Assembly: GCF_963921235.1 (NCBI RefSeq)
Contig: NC_086108.1
Coordinates: 116,624,001 to 116,688,000, forward strand
Length of the DNA stretch: 64,000 nucleotides
Origin: Mobula hypostoma
Lineage: Eukaryota
Direction: 5' to 3'
In this document: piece after piece, positions 1 to 12,628 of the stretch
Numbering within the stretch: position 1 is the stretch's first letter
Layout: every line of letters begins with the position of its first letter
Notes under the pieces: generated by a model
Databases searched by the model: none
Told to the model about the DNA's origin: nothing
What the model saw: only the letters and a program-made list of their open reading frames with translations
Position numbers and translations under genes: made by a program

Positions 1-3000
1 AGGCCGGAGGCAGGAGACCCGAGGCGAGGCGAGTATACAGGCAGGAGCCTCGAGGCGAGGCGAGGCCGGAGACAGGAGACTCGAGGCGAGGCGAGGCCGG
101 AGGCAGGAGAATCGTGGCGAGGCGAGGCCGGAGGCAGGAGACTCGAGGTGAGGCGAGGCCGGAGGCAGGAGACTCGAGGCGAGGCGAGGCGAGGCCGGAG
201 GCAGGAGACTCGAGGCGAGGCGAGGCGGGAGGCAGGAGACTTGAGGCGAGACTGGAGGCAGGAGACTTGAGGCTAGGCGAGGCCGGAGGCAGGAGACCCG
301 AGGCGAGGCGAGTATACAGGCAGGAGCCTCGAGGCGAGGCGAGGCCGGAGACAGGAGACTCGAGGCGAGGCGAGGCCGGAGGCAAGAGACTCGAGGCGAG
401 GCGAGGCGAGGCGAGGCCGGAGGCAGGAGAATCGAGGCGAGGCGAGGCGAGGCCGGAGGGAGGAGACTCGAGGCGAGGCGAGGCCGGAGGCAGGAGAATC
501 GAGGCGAGGCGAGGCCGGAGGCAGGAGAATTCTGGCGAGGCGAGGCCGGAGGCAGGAGACTCGAGGCGAGGCGAGGACGGAGGCAGAAGTCTCGAGGCGA
601 GGCGAGGCCGGAGGCAGGAGACTCGAGGCGAGGCGAGGCCGGAGGTAGGAGACTCGAGGCGAGGCGAGGCTGGAGGCAGGAGACTCGAGGTGAGACTGGA
701 GGCAGGAGACTTGAGGCTAGGCGAGGCCGGAGGCAGGAGACTCCAGGCGAGGCGAGGATACAGGCAGGAGACTCGAGGCGAGGCGAGGCCGGAGGCAGGA
801 GACTCGAGGCAAGGCGTGGCCGGAGGCAGGAGACTCGAGGCGAGGCGAGGCCAGAGGCAGGAGACTCGAGGTGAGGCGAGGCCGGAGGCAGGAGAATCGA
901 GGCGAGGTGAGGCCGCAGGCAGGAGACTCGAGGCGAGGCGAGGCCGGAGGCAGGAGAATCGAGGCGAGGCCGGAGGCAGGAGAATCGAGGCGAGGCCGGA
1001 GGCAGGAGAATCGTGGCGAGGCGAGGCCGGAGGCAGGAGACTCGAGGCGAGGCGAGGCCGGAGGCAGGAGACTCGAGGTGAGGCGAGGCCGGAGGCAGGA
1101 GACTTGAGGCGAGACTGGAGGCAGGAGACTTGAGGCGAGACTGGAGGCAGGAGACTTGAGGCTAGGCGAGGCCGGAGGCAGGAGACCCGAGGCGAGGCGA
1201 GTATACAGGCAGGAGCCTCGAGGCGAGGCGAGGCCGGAGGCAGGAGACTCGAGGCGAGGCGAGGCCGGAGACAGGAGACTCGAGGCGAGGCGAGGCCGGA
1301 GGCAAGAGACTCGAGGCGAGGCGAGGCGAGGCCCGATGCAGGAGAATCGAGGCGAGGCGAAGCTGGAGGCAGGAGACTTGAGGCGAGGTGAGGCTGGAGG
1401 CAGGAGACTTGAGGCGAGGCGAGGATACAGGCAGGAGACTTGAGGCGAGGCGAGGCCGGAGGCAGGAGACTCGAGGCGAGGCGAGGCCGGAGGCAGGAGA
1501 ATCGAGGAGAGGCGAGGCCAGAGGCAGGAGAATCGAGGCGAGGCGAGGCGAGGCCGGAGGCAGGAGAATCGAGGCGAGGCGAGGCGAGGCCGGAGGCAGG
1601 AGAATCGAGGCGAGGCGAGGCCGGAGGCAGGAGAATTGTGGCGAGGCGAGGCCGGAGGCAGGAGACTCGAGGCGAGGCGAGGCCGGAGGGAGGAGACTCG
1701 AGGCGAGGCGAGGCCGGAGGCAGGAGAATCGAGGCGAGGCGAGGCCGGAGGCAGGAGAATTCTGGCGAGGCGAGGCCGGAGGCAGGAGACTCGAGGCGAG
1801 GCGAGGACGGAGGCAGAAGACTCGAGGCGAGGCGAGGCCGGAGGCAGGAGACTCGAGGCGAGGCAAGGCCGGAGGCAGGAGACTCGAGGCGAGGCGAGGC
1901 TGGAGGCAGGAGACTCGAGGTGAGACTGGAGGCAGGAGACTTGAGGCTAGGCGAGGCCGGAGGCAGGAGACTCCAGGCGAGGCGAGGATACAGGCAGGAG
2001 ACTCAAGGCGAGGCGAGGCCGGAGGCAGGAGACTCGAGGCGAGACGAGGCCGGAGGCAGGAGACTCGAGGCGAGGCGAGGCCGGAGGCAGGAGACTCGAG
2101 ACGAGACTGGAGGCAGGAGACTTGAGGCTAGGTGAGGCCGGAGGCAGGAGACACGAGGCGAGGCGAGGATAAAGGCAGGAGACTCGAGGCGAGGCGAGGC
2201 CGGAGGCAGGAGACTCGAGGCGAGGCGAGGACGGTGGCAGGAGACTCGAGGCGAGGGGAGGCCGGAGGCAGGAGACTTGAGGCGGGGCGAGGCCGGAGGC
2301 AGGAGACTCCAGGCGAGGCGAGGCCAGAGGCAGGAGACTCGAGGTTAGGCGAGGCCGGAGGACGGATGCAGGAGACTCGAGGCGAGGCCGGAGGCCGGAG
2401 GCAGGAGACTCAAGACGAGGCCAGAGGCCGGAGGCAGGAGACTCGAGGCGAGGCCGGAGGCCGGAGGCAGGAGACTCAAGATGAGGCCAGAGGCCAGAGG
2501 CAGGAGACTCGAGGCGAGGCGAGGCTGGAGGCAGGAGACTCGAGGCGAGGCGAGGCCGGAGGCAGGAGACTCGAGGCGAGGCGAGGCCGGAGGCAGGAGA
2601 CTCGAGGCGAGGCGAGGCCGGAGGCAGGAAACTCGAGGCGAGGCGAGGCCGGAGGCAGGAGACTTGAGGCGATGCGAGGCTGGAGGCAGGAGACTCGAGG
2701 CGAGACTGGAGGCAGGAGACTTGAGGCTAGGCGAGGCCGCAGGCAGGAGACGCGAGGCGAGGCGAGGATACAGGCAGGAGACTCGAGGCGAGGCGAGGCC
2801 AGTGGCAGGAGACTCGAGGCGAGGCGAGGCCGGTGGCAGGAGACTCGAGGCGAGGCGAGGCCGGAGGCAGGAGAATCGAGGCGAGGCCGGAGGCAGGAGA
2901 ATCGAGGCGAGGCGAGGCCAGAGGCAGGAGAATCAAGACGAGGTGAGGCCGGTGGCAGGAGACTCGAGGCGAGGCGAGGCTGGAGGCAGGAGACTTGAGG

Positions 3001-6000
3001 CGAGGCGAGGCTGGAGGCAGGAGACTTGAGGCGAGGCTAGAGGCAGGAGAATCAAGACGAGGTGAGGCCGGTGGCAGGAGACTCGAGGCGAGGCGAGGCT
3101 GGAGGCAGGAGACTTGAGGCGAGGCGAGGAAACAGGCAGGAGACTCGAGGCGAGGAGAGGCCGGAGGCAGGAGAATCGAGGCAAGGCGAGGCCGGAGGCA
3201 GGAGAATCGTGGCGAGGCGAGGCCGGAGGCAGGAGACTCGAGGTGAGGCGAGGCCGGAGGTAGGGGACTCGAGGCGAGGCGAGGCGAGGCCGGAGGCAGG
3301 AGACTCGAGGCGAGGCGAGGATACAGGCAGGAGACTTGAGGCGAGGCGAGGCCGGAGGCAGGAGACTCGAGTCGAGGCGAGGCAGGAGGCAGGAGAATCG
3401 AGGCGAGGCGAGGCGGGAGGCAGGAGAATTGAGGCGAGGCGAGGCCGGAGGCAGGAGAATCGAGGCGAGGTTAGGCCGCAGGCAGGAGACTCGAGGCGAG
3501 GCGAGGCCGGAGGCAGGAGAATCGAGGCAAGGCGATGCCGGAGGCAGGAGAATCGTGGCGAGGCGAGGCCGGAGGCAGGAGACTCGAGGTGAGGCGAGGC
3601 CGGAGGCAGGGGACTCGAGGCGAGGCGAGGCGAGGCCGGAGGCAGGAGACTCCAGGTGAGGCGAGGCTGGAGGCAGGAGACTTGAGGCGAGACTGGAGGC
3701 AGGAGACTTGAGGCTAGGCGAGGCCGGAGGCAGGAGACCCGAGGCGAGGCGAGTATACAGGCAGGAGCCTCGAGGCGAGGCGAGGCCGGAGACAGGAGAC
3801 TCGAGGCGAGGCGAGGCCGGAGGCAAAAGACTCGAGGCGAGGCGAGGCGAGGCGAGGCCGGAGGCAGGAGAATCGAGGCGAGGCGAGGCGAGGCCGGAGG
3901 GAGGAGACTCGAGGCGAGGCGAGGCCGGAGGCAGGAGAATCGAGGCGAGGCGAGGCCGGAGGCAGGAGAATTCTGGCGAGGCGAGGCCGGAGGCAGGAGA
4001 CTCGAGGCGAGGCGAGGACGGAGGCAGAAGTCTCGAGGCGAGGCGAGGCCGGAGGCAGGAGACTCGAGGCGAGGCGAGGCCGGAGGCAGGAGACTCGAGG
4101 CGAGGCGAGGCTGGAGGCAGGAGACTCGAGGTGAGACTGGAGGCAGGAGACTTGAGGCTAGGCGAGGCCGGAGGCAGGAGACTCCAGGCGAGGCGAGGAT
4201 ACAGGCAGGAGACTCGAGGCGAGGCGAGGCCGGAGGCAGGAGACTCGAGGCAAGGCGTGGCCGGAGGCAGGAGACTCGAGGCGAGGCGAGGCCGGAGGCA
4301 GGAGACTCGAGGTGAGGCGAGGCCGGAGGCAGGAGAATCGAGGCGAGGTGAGGCCGCAGGCAGGAGACTCGAGGCGAGGCGAGGCCGGAGGCAGGAGAAT
4401 CGAGGCGAGGCGAGGCCGGCGGCAGGAGAATCGTGGCGAGGCGAGGCCGGAGGCAGGAGACTCGAGGCGAGGCGAGGCCGGAGGCAGGAGACTCGAGGTG
4501 AGGCGAGGCCGGAGGCAGGAGACTTGAGGCGAGACTGGAGGCAGGAGACTTGAGGCGAGACTGGAGGCAGGAGACTTGAGGCTAGGCGAGGCCGGAGGCA
4601 GGATACCCGAGGCGAGGCGAGTATACAGGCAGGAGCCTCGAGGCGAGGCGAGGCCGGAGGCAGGAGACTCGAGGCGAGGCGAGGCCGGAGACAGGAGACT
4701 CGAGGCGAGGCGAGGCCGGAGGCAAGAGACTCGAGGCGAGGCGAGGCGAGGCCCGATGCAGGAGAATCGAGGCGAGGTGAAGCTGGAGGCAGGAGACTTG
4801 AGGCGAGGTGAGGCTGGAGGCAGGAGACTTGAGGCGAGGCGAGTATACAGGCAGGAGACATGAGGCGAGGCGAGGCCGGAGGCAGGAGACTCGAGGCGAG
4901 GCGAGGCCGGAGGCAGGAGAATCGAGGAGAGGCGAGGCCGGAGGCAGGAGAATCGAGGCGAGGCGAGGCGAGGCCGGAGGCAGGAGAATCGAGGCGAGGC
5001 GAGGCGAGGCCGGAGGCAGGAGAATCGAGGTGAGGCGAGGCCGGAGGCAGGAGAATTGTGGCGAGGCGAGGCCGGAGGCAGGAGACTCGAGGCGAGGCGA
5101 GGCCGGAGGGAGGAGACTCGAGGCGAGGCGAGGCCGGAGGCAGGAGAATCGAGGCGAGGCGAGGCCGGAGGCAGGAGAATTCTGGCGAGGCGAGGCCGGA
5201 GGCAGGAGACTCGAGGCGAGGCGAGGACGGAGGCAGAAGACTCGAGGCGAGGCGAGGCCGGAGGCAGGAGACTCGAGGCGAGGCAAGGCCGGAGGCAGGA
5301 GACTCGAGGCGAGGCGAGGCTGGAGGCAGGAGACTCGAGGTGAGACTGGAGGCAGGAGACTTGAGGCTAGGCGAGGCCGGAGGCAGGAGACTCCAGGCGA
5401 GGCGAGGATACAGGCAGGAGACTCAAGGCGAGGCGAGGCCGGAGGCAGGAGACTCGAGGCGAGACGAGGCCGGAGGCAGGAGACTCGAGGCGAGGCGAGG
5501 CCGGAGGCAGGAGACTCGAGACGAGACTGGAGGCTGGAGACTTGAGGCTAGGTGAGGCCGGAGGCAGGAGACACGAGGCGAGGCGAGGATAAAGGCAGGA
5601 GACTCGAGGCGAGGCGAGGCCGGAGGCAGGAGAATCGAGGCGAGGCGAGGCCGGAGGCAGGAGAATTGAGGCGAGGCGAGGCCGGAGGCAGGAGAATCGA
5701 GGCGAGGTGAGGCCGCAGGCAGGAGACTCGAGGCGAGGCGAGGCCGGAGGCAGGAGAATCGAGGCAAGGCGAGGCCGGAGGCAGGAGAATCATGGTGAGG
5801 CGAGGCCGGAGGCAGGAGACTCGAGGTGAGGCGAGGCCGGAGGTAGGGGACTCGAGGCGAGGCGAGGCGAGGCCGGAGGCAGGAGACTCGAGGCGAGGCG
5901 AGGATACAGGCAGGAGACTTGAGGCGAGGCGAGGCCGGAGGCAGGAGACTCGAGTCGAGGCGAGGCAGGAGGCAGGAGAATCGAGGCGAGGCGAGGCCGG

Positions 6001-9000
6001 AGGCAGGAGAATTGAGGCGAGGCGAGGCCGGAGGCAGGAGAATCGAGGCGAGGTGAGGCCGCAGGCAGGAGACTCGAGGCGAGGCGAGGCCGGAGGCAGG
6101 AGAATCGAGGCAAGGCGAGGCCGGAGGCAGGAGAATCGTGGCGAGGCGAGGCCGGAGGCAGGAGACTCGAGGTGAGGCAAGGCCGGAGGCAGGGGACTCG
6201 AGGCGAGGCGAGGCGAGGCCGGAGGCAGGAGACTCCAGGTGAGGCGAGGCTGGAGGCAGGAGACTTGAGGCGAGACTGGAGGCAGGAGACTTGAGGCTAG
6301 GCGAGGCCGGAGGCAGGAGACCCGAAGCGAGGCGAGTATACAGGCAGGAGCCTCGAGGCGAGGCGAGGCCGGAGACAGGAGACTCGAGGCGAGGCGAGGC
6401 CGGAGGCAAGAGACTCGAGGCGAGGCGAGGCGAGGCGAGGCCGGAGGCAGGAGAATCGAGGCGAGGCGAGGCGAGGCCGGAGGGAGGAGACTCGAGGCGA
6501 GGCGAGGCCGGAGGTAGGAGAATCGAGGCGAGGCGAGGCCGGAGGCAGGAGAATTCTGGCGAGGCGAGGCCGGAGGCAGGAGACTCGAGGCGAGGCGAGG
6601 ACGGAGGCAGAAGTCTCGAGGCGAGGCGAGGCGAGGCCGGAGGCAGGAGACTCGAGGCGAGGCGAGGCCGGAGGCAGGAGACTCGAGGCGAGGCGAGGCT
6701 GGAGGCAGGAGACTTGAGGCGAGACTGGAGGCAGGAGACTTGAGGCTAGGCGAGGCCGGAGGCAGGAGACCCGAGGCGAGGCGAGTATACAGGCAGGAGC
6801 CTCGAGGCGAGGCGAGGCCGGAGGCAGGAGACTCGAGGCGAGGCGAGGCCGGAGACAGGAGACTCGAGGCGAGGCGAGGCCGGAGGCAAGAGACTCGAGG
6901 CGAGGCGAGGCGAGGCCCGATGCAGGAGAATCGAGGCGAGGCGAAGCTGGAGGCAAGAGACTTGAGGCGAGGTGAGGCTGGAGGCAGGAGACTTGAGGCG
7001 AGGCGAGGATACAGGCAGGAGACTTGAGGCGAGGCGAGGCCGGAGGCAGGAGACTCGAGGCGAGGCGAGGCCGGAGGCAGGAGAATCGAGGAGAGGCGAG
7101 GCCGGAGGCAGGAGAATCGAGGCGAGGCGAGGCGAGGCCGGAGGCAGGAGAATCGAGGCGAGGCGAGGCGAGGCCGGAGGCAGGAGAATCGAGGCGAGGC
7201 GAGGCCGGAGGCAGGAGAATTGTGGCGAGGCGAGGCCGGAGGCAGGAGACTCGAGGCGAGGCGAGGCCGGAGGGAGGAGACTCGAGGCGAGGCGAGGCCG
7301 GAGGCAGGAGAATCGAGGCGAGGCGAGGCCGGAGGCAGGAGAATTCTGGCGAGGCGAGGCCGGAGGCAGGAGACTCGAGGCGAGGCGAGGACGGAGGCAG
7401 AAGACTCGAGGCGAGGCGAGGCCGGAGGCAGGAGACTCGAGGCGAGGCAAGGCCGGAGGCAGGAGACTCGAGGCGAGGCGAGGCTGGAGGCAGGAGACTC
7501 GAGGTGAGACTGGAGGCAGGAGACTTGAGGCTAGGCGAGGCCGGAGGCAGGAGACTCCAGGCGAGGCGAGGATACAGGCAGGAGACTCAAGGCGAGGCGA
7601 GGCCGGAGGCAGGAGACTCGAGGCGAGACGAGGCCGGAGGCAGGAGACTCGAGGCGAGGCGAGGCCGGAGGCAGGAGACTTGAGACGAGACTGGAGGCAG
7701 GAGACTTGAGGCTAGGTGAGGCCGGAGGCAGGAGACACGAGGCGAGGCGAGGATAAAGGCAGGAGACTCGAGGCGAGGCGAGGCCGGAGGCATGAGACTC
7801 GAGGCGAGGCGAGGACGGTGGCAGGAGACTCGAGGCGAGGGGAGGCCGGAAGCAGGAGACTTGAGGCGGGGCGAGGGCGGAGGCAGGAGACTCCAGGCGA
7901 GGCGAGGCCAGAGGCAGGAGACTCGAGGTTAGGCGAGGCCGGAGGACGGATGCAGGAGACTCGAGGCGAGGCCGGAGGCCGGAGGCAGGAGACTCAAGAC
8001 GAGGCCAGAGGCCGGAGGCAGGAGACTCGAGGCGAGGCCGGAGGCCGGAGGCAGGAGACTCAAGATGAGGCCAGAGGCCAGAGGCAGGAGACTCGAGGCG
8101 AGGCGAGGCTGGAGGCAGGAGACTCGAGGCGAGGCGAGGCCGGAGGCAGGAGACTCGAGGCGAGGCGAGGCCGGAGGCAGGAGACTCGAGGCGAGGCGAG
8201 GCCGGAGGCAGGAAACTCGAGGCGAGGCGAGGCCGGAGGCAGGAGACTTGAGGCGATGCGAGGCTGGAGGCAGGAGACTCGAGGCGAGACTGGAGGCAGG
8301 AGACTTGAGGCTAGGCGAGGCCGCAGGCAGGAGACGCGAGGCGAGGCGAGGATACAGGCAGGAGACTCGAGGCGAGGCGAGGCCAGTGGCAGGAGACTCG
8401 AGGCGAGGCGAGGCCGGTGGCAGGAGACTCGAGGCGAGGCGAGGCCGGAGGCAGGAGAATCGAGGCGAGGCGAGGCCGGAGGCAGGAGAATCGAGGCGAG
8501 GCCGGAGGCAGGAGAATCGAGGCGAGGCGAGGCCAGAGGCAGGAGAATCAAGACGAGGTGAGGCCGGTGGCAGGAGACTCGAGGCGAGGCGAGGCTGGAG
8601 GCAGGAGACTTGAGGCGAGGCGAGGCTGGAGGCAGGAGACTTGAGGCGAGGCTAGAGGCAGGAGACTCGAGGCTAGACGAGGCCGGAGGCAGGAGACTCA
8701 AGGCGAGGCGAGGCCGGAGGCAGGAGACTTGAGGCGAGGCGAGGATACAGGCAGGAGACTCGAGGCGAGGCGAGGCCGGAGGCAGGAGACTCGAGGCGAG
8801 GCGAGGCCAGAGGCAGGAGAATCGAGGCGAGGCGAGGCCGGAGGCAGGAGAATCGAGGCGAGGCCGGATTCAGGAGAATCGAGGCGAGGCGAGGCCGGAG
8901 GCAGGAGAATCGAGGCGAGGCGAGGCCGGAGGCAGGAGACTTGAGGCGAGGCGAGGCTGGAGGCAGGAGACTTGAGGCGAGGCTGGAGGCAGGAGACTCG

Positions 9001-9965
9001 AGGCTAGACGAGGCCGGAGGCAGGAGACTCAAGGCGAGGCCGGAGGACGGAGGCAGGAGACTCAAGGCGAGGCGAGGCCGGAGGCAGGAGACTCGAGGCG
9101 AGGCGAGGCCGGAGGCAGGAGACTCGAGGCGAGGCGAGGCTGGAGGCAGGAGACTCGAGGCGAGACTGGAGGCAGGAGACTTGAGGCTAGGCGAGGCCGC
9201 AGGCAGGAGACGCGAGGCGAGGCGAGGCCAGAGGCAGGAGACTCGAGGCGAGGCGAGGCCGGAGGAAGGAGACTCGAGGCGAGGCGAGGCCGGAGGCAGG
9301 AGACTCGAGGCGAGGCGAGGCCAGAGGCAGGAGACTTGAGGCGAGGCAAGGCTGGAGGCAGGAGACTTGAGGCGAGGCTGGAGGCAGGAGACTCGAGGCT
9401 AGACGAGGCCGGAGGCAGGAGACTCAATGCGAGGCCGAAGGACGGAGGCAGGAGACTCTAGGCGAGGTGAGGCCGGAGGCAGGAGACTCGAGGCGAGGCG
9501 AGGCCGGAGGCAGGAGACTCGAGGCGAGGCAAGGATACAGGCAGGAGACTCGAGGCGAGGCGAGGCCAGAGGCAGGAGACTCGAGGCGAGGCGAGGCCGG
9601 AGGCAGGAGTCTCGAGGCGAGGCGAGGCCGGAGGCAGGAGACTCGAGGCGAGGCGAGGCCGGGGGCAGGAGAATCGAGGCGAGGCGAGGCTGGAGGCAGG
9701 AGACTTGAGGCGAGGCTGGAGGCAGGAGACTCGAGGCTAGGCTAGGCCGGAGGCAGGAGACTCAAGGCGAGGCCGGAGGACGGAGGCAGGAGACTCGAGG
9801 CGAGGCCGGAGGCCGGAGGCAGGAGACTCGAGGCGAGGCCAGAGGCAGGAGACTCGAGGCGAGGCGAGGCCGGAGGCAGGAGACTCAAGGCGAGGCCGGA
9901 GGCAGGAGACTCGAGGCGAGGCTGGAGGCAGGAGACTCGAGGCGAGGCGAGGCCGGAGGCAGGCC
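1..9965. repeat. GC/purine-rich satellite array, ~31-bp consensus GAGGC GAGGC GAGGC CG GAGGC AGGAGACTC, with variable numbers of GAGGC pentamers; continues beyond window start
   Basis: Tandem units directly visible. Unit length varies in 5-bp steps (21/26/31/36). Rare variants recur at kb spacing (GCCCGATGCA at 1331, 4751, 6915). Confidence 0.98.
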
Positions 9966-9994
9966 GGCATCTGCAGAATTCCTCGTGTTTGGGT

Positions 9995-12628
9995 GAATCA
10001 AGTTGGTCGAGGCAGTCTTGAGGACGACCTCATAGAATGCATCGTGATGGCTTTCTTGAACAGCATGTTACTGAACCTACAAGGGAACGTGCTATCTTAG
10101 ATCTGGTCCTGTGCAATGAGCCAGGTAAAATTAGTGATCTTGTAGTTAGGGATCCTCTTTGAAAGAGCGATCACAGAATGATTAAATTTCTGATACAAAT
10201 GGAGGGTGCAATCCTTCAATTTAAAACCAGTGTATTATGCCTAAACAATGGAGACTACAATCGGATGAGGGAGGATTTAGCTAGACTGGGAACACAGGCT
10301 GTATGGTGGGACAGTTGAACAACAGTGGGAGACTTTCAAGAGATTTTTCACGGTGCTCAACAGAAGTATATTCCAATTAAAAGCAAGAACAGAAAAGTTG
10401 GGGAGATCCAGCCTTGCATAACTGAGGCAATAAAAGAAGGCATCAAACTAAAAGCTCGTGCATACAAAATCACCAAGAGTAGTGGGAAACTGGAAGATTG
10501 GGAAAACTTTTAAAAAGCAACAAAGAACCACTAAGCAAGCAATAAAAAAAGGGAAGCTAGATTATGAAAATAAACTAGCGCAAGCTATAAAAATGGACAG
10601 TATAAGTTTTTATAATTACATAAAGTGAAAAAGGGAAGCTAAAGTGATTGTACGTCCCTTGGCAGACAAGAAGAGGGATTTTATATTGGGTAATGAGGAA
10701 ATAGCTGATGCTTTGAATGACTATTTTGTGTTGGTCTTCATCTAATATGCCAAAGAGAGGTATTATGAACGCAATGGGAGGTGAGGACCTCGACACAAAA
10801 GCTATCACTTAAGAGATAGTGCTGAGCAAACTTGTGGGCCTGACATTGACAGGTCCCCTCGTCCTGATGGAATGTATCCCAGGGTACTGAAAGAAATGAC
10901 AGAAGTTATAGTGGAGGCATGGTGATGATTTGCCAAAATTCTCGGGACTCTGGGCAGTTCTCAGTGGATTGGAAGATGGAGAATGTCACACCAGAATGTT
11001 CAAAAAAGGATGTATGCTAAAGGCAGGTAACTATAGGCCAGTTACTTTAACATCTGTAGTTGGGAAAATGCTTGAAGCTATCATTAAAGAAGAAATAGTG
11101 AGGCATCTGGAAAGAAATGGATCCACCAGGCAGATGCAGCATGGATTCAGCAAAGGCAGGTCCTGTTGGACAAACTTGCTGCAGTTCTTTGATGACACAA
11201 AGGTTGGGGGTGTTGTGGGTAGTGTAGAAGGCTGTCAGAGGTTACAGTGGGACATCGATAGGATGCAAAACTGGGCTGAGAAGTGGCAGATGGAGTTCAA
11301 CTCAGATAAGTGTGAGGTGGATCATTTTGGTAGGTCAAATATGATGGCAGAATCTAGTATCAATGCTAAGACTCTTGGCAGTGTGGAGGATCAGAGGGAC
11401 CTTGGGGTCCTGGTCCAAGGGACATTCAAAGCTGCTGCACAGGTTGACTCTGTGGTTAAGAAGGCATATGGTGCATTGGCCTTCATCAACCATGGGATTA
11501 TGTTTAGGAGCCAAGAGGTAATGTTGCGGACCCTGGTCACACCCCACTTGGAGTACTGTGCTCAGTTCTGGTCGCCTCACTACGGGAAGGATGTGAAAAC
11601 CACAGAAAGGGTGCAGAGGAGATTTACAAGGATGTTGCCTGGATTGGTGAGCATGCCCTATTAGAACTGTTTGAGTGAACTCGGCCTTTTCTGCTTGGAG
11701 TGATGGAGGATGAGAGGTGACCTGATAGAGGTGTATAAGATGATGAGAGGCATTGATCGTGTGGATAGTCAGAGGCTTTTTCCCAGGGCTGAAATGGCTA
11801 TTACGACAGGACACAGTTTTAAGGTGCTTGGAAGTAGGTCAGAGGAGACGTCAGGGGTAAGTTTTTTACGCAGAGAGAGGTGAGTGTGTGGAATGGGCTG
11901 CCAGCAACAGCAGTGGAGGCGGGTACGATCGGGTCTTTTAAGAGGCTTCTGGGTTGGTACATGGAGCTTAGAGAAATAGAGGGTTATGGGTAACAGCGGG
12001 TAATTTCTAAGGTAAAGACGTGTTCGGCACGGCTTTGTGGGCTGAAAGGCCTGTATTGTGCTGTAGGTTTTCTATGTTTGTTTATTACAAGCACAGTGGA
12101 TAGAGGGAAACAGGCGGACATTATTTACTTGGATTTCCAGAAGGTATTTGGTAAGGTGCCACATAAAAGACTTATTCATAAGATAAGGATGCGTAGAAAC
12201 ACACATCAAGGTTGCTGGTGAACGCAGCAGGCCAGGCAGCATCTCTAGGAAGAGGTACAGTTGATGTTTCGGGCCGAGACCCTTCATCAGGACTAACGAA
12301 GGGTCTCAGCCTGAAACATCGACTGTACCTCTTACTAGAGATGCTGCCTGGCCTGCTGCATTCACCAGCAACTTTGATGTGTGTTGCTTGAATTTTCAGC
12401 ATCTGCAGAATTCCTCATGTTTAAGGATGCATAGAGTTGGGGCTGATGTATTAGCATGGATAGAGGATTGGTTAACTAATAGAAAACAGAGAGTTGGGAT
12501 ACATGGGTGTTACTCCGGTTGGCAAATCAGTGGTGAGTGGTGTGCCACAAGGGTCGGTGCTGGGCCCGCAGCTGTTCACAATATACACTAACGATCTGAA
12601 AGAGGGGACTGAGAGTAGTGTATCTAAG
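9995..12628 (+). mobile_element. Nested, decayed CR1 LINE fragments (EN to RT; a second CR1 3' part at ~11190-12078 ends in a TTCTATGT tail)
   Basis: ORF 10930-11664 has GNYRPVTLTSVVGKMLE, QHGF and PHLEYCAQFWSP motifs typical of CR1 ORF2; multiple stops and frameshifts. Confidence 0.9.
12197..12421. mobile_element. 225-bp palindromic non-autonomous Penelope-derived element with two inverted hammerhead-like motifs
   Basis: ~95-bp inverted repeat centred near 12293. 13-bp TSD TAAGGATGC(G/A)TAG at 12184-12196 and 12422-12434. Arms match the Penelope tail at 45425-45520. Confidence 0.85.

Noticed and set aside
1..9965. Immunoglobulin switch-region resemblance (G-rich pentamers)
   Set aside because: Pentamer is GAGGC rather than GAGCT/GGGGT, AGCT hotspots are almost absent, and no Ig constant exons are in the window.
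114..9970. Long Arg/Gly/Glu-rich (+) and Ser/Pro/Leu-rich (-) ORFs up to 642 aa
   Set aside because: By-products of a T-poor 31-bp repeat. The unit length is not a multiple of 3, all frames give the same peptides, and no codon-level constraint is visible.
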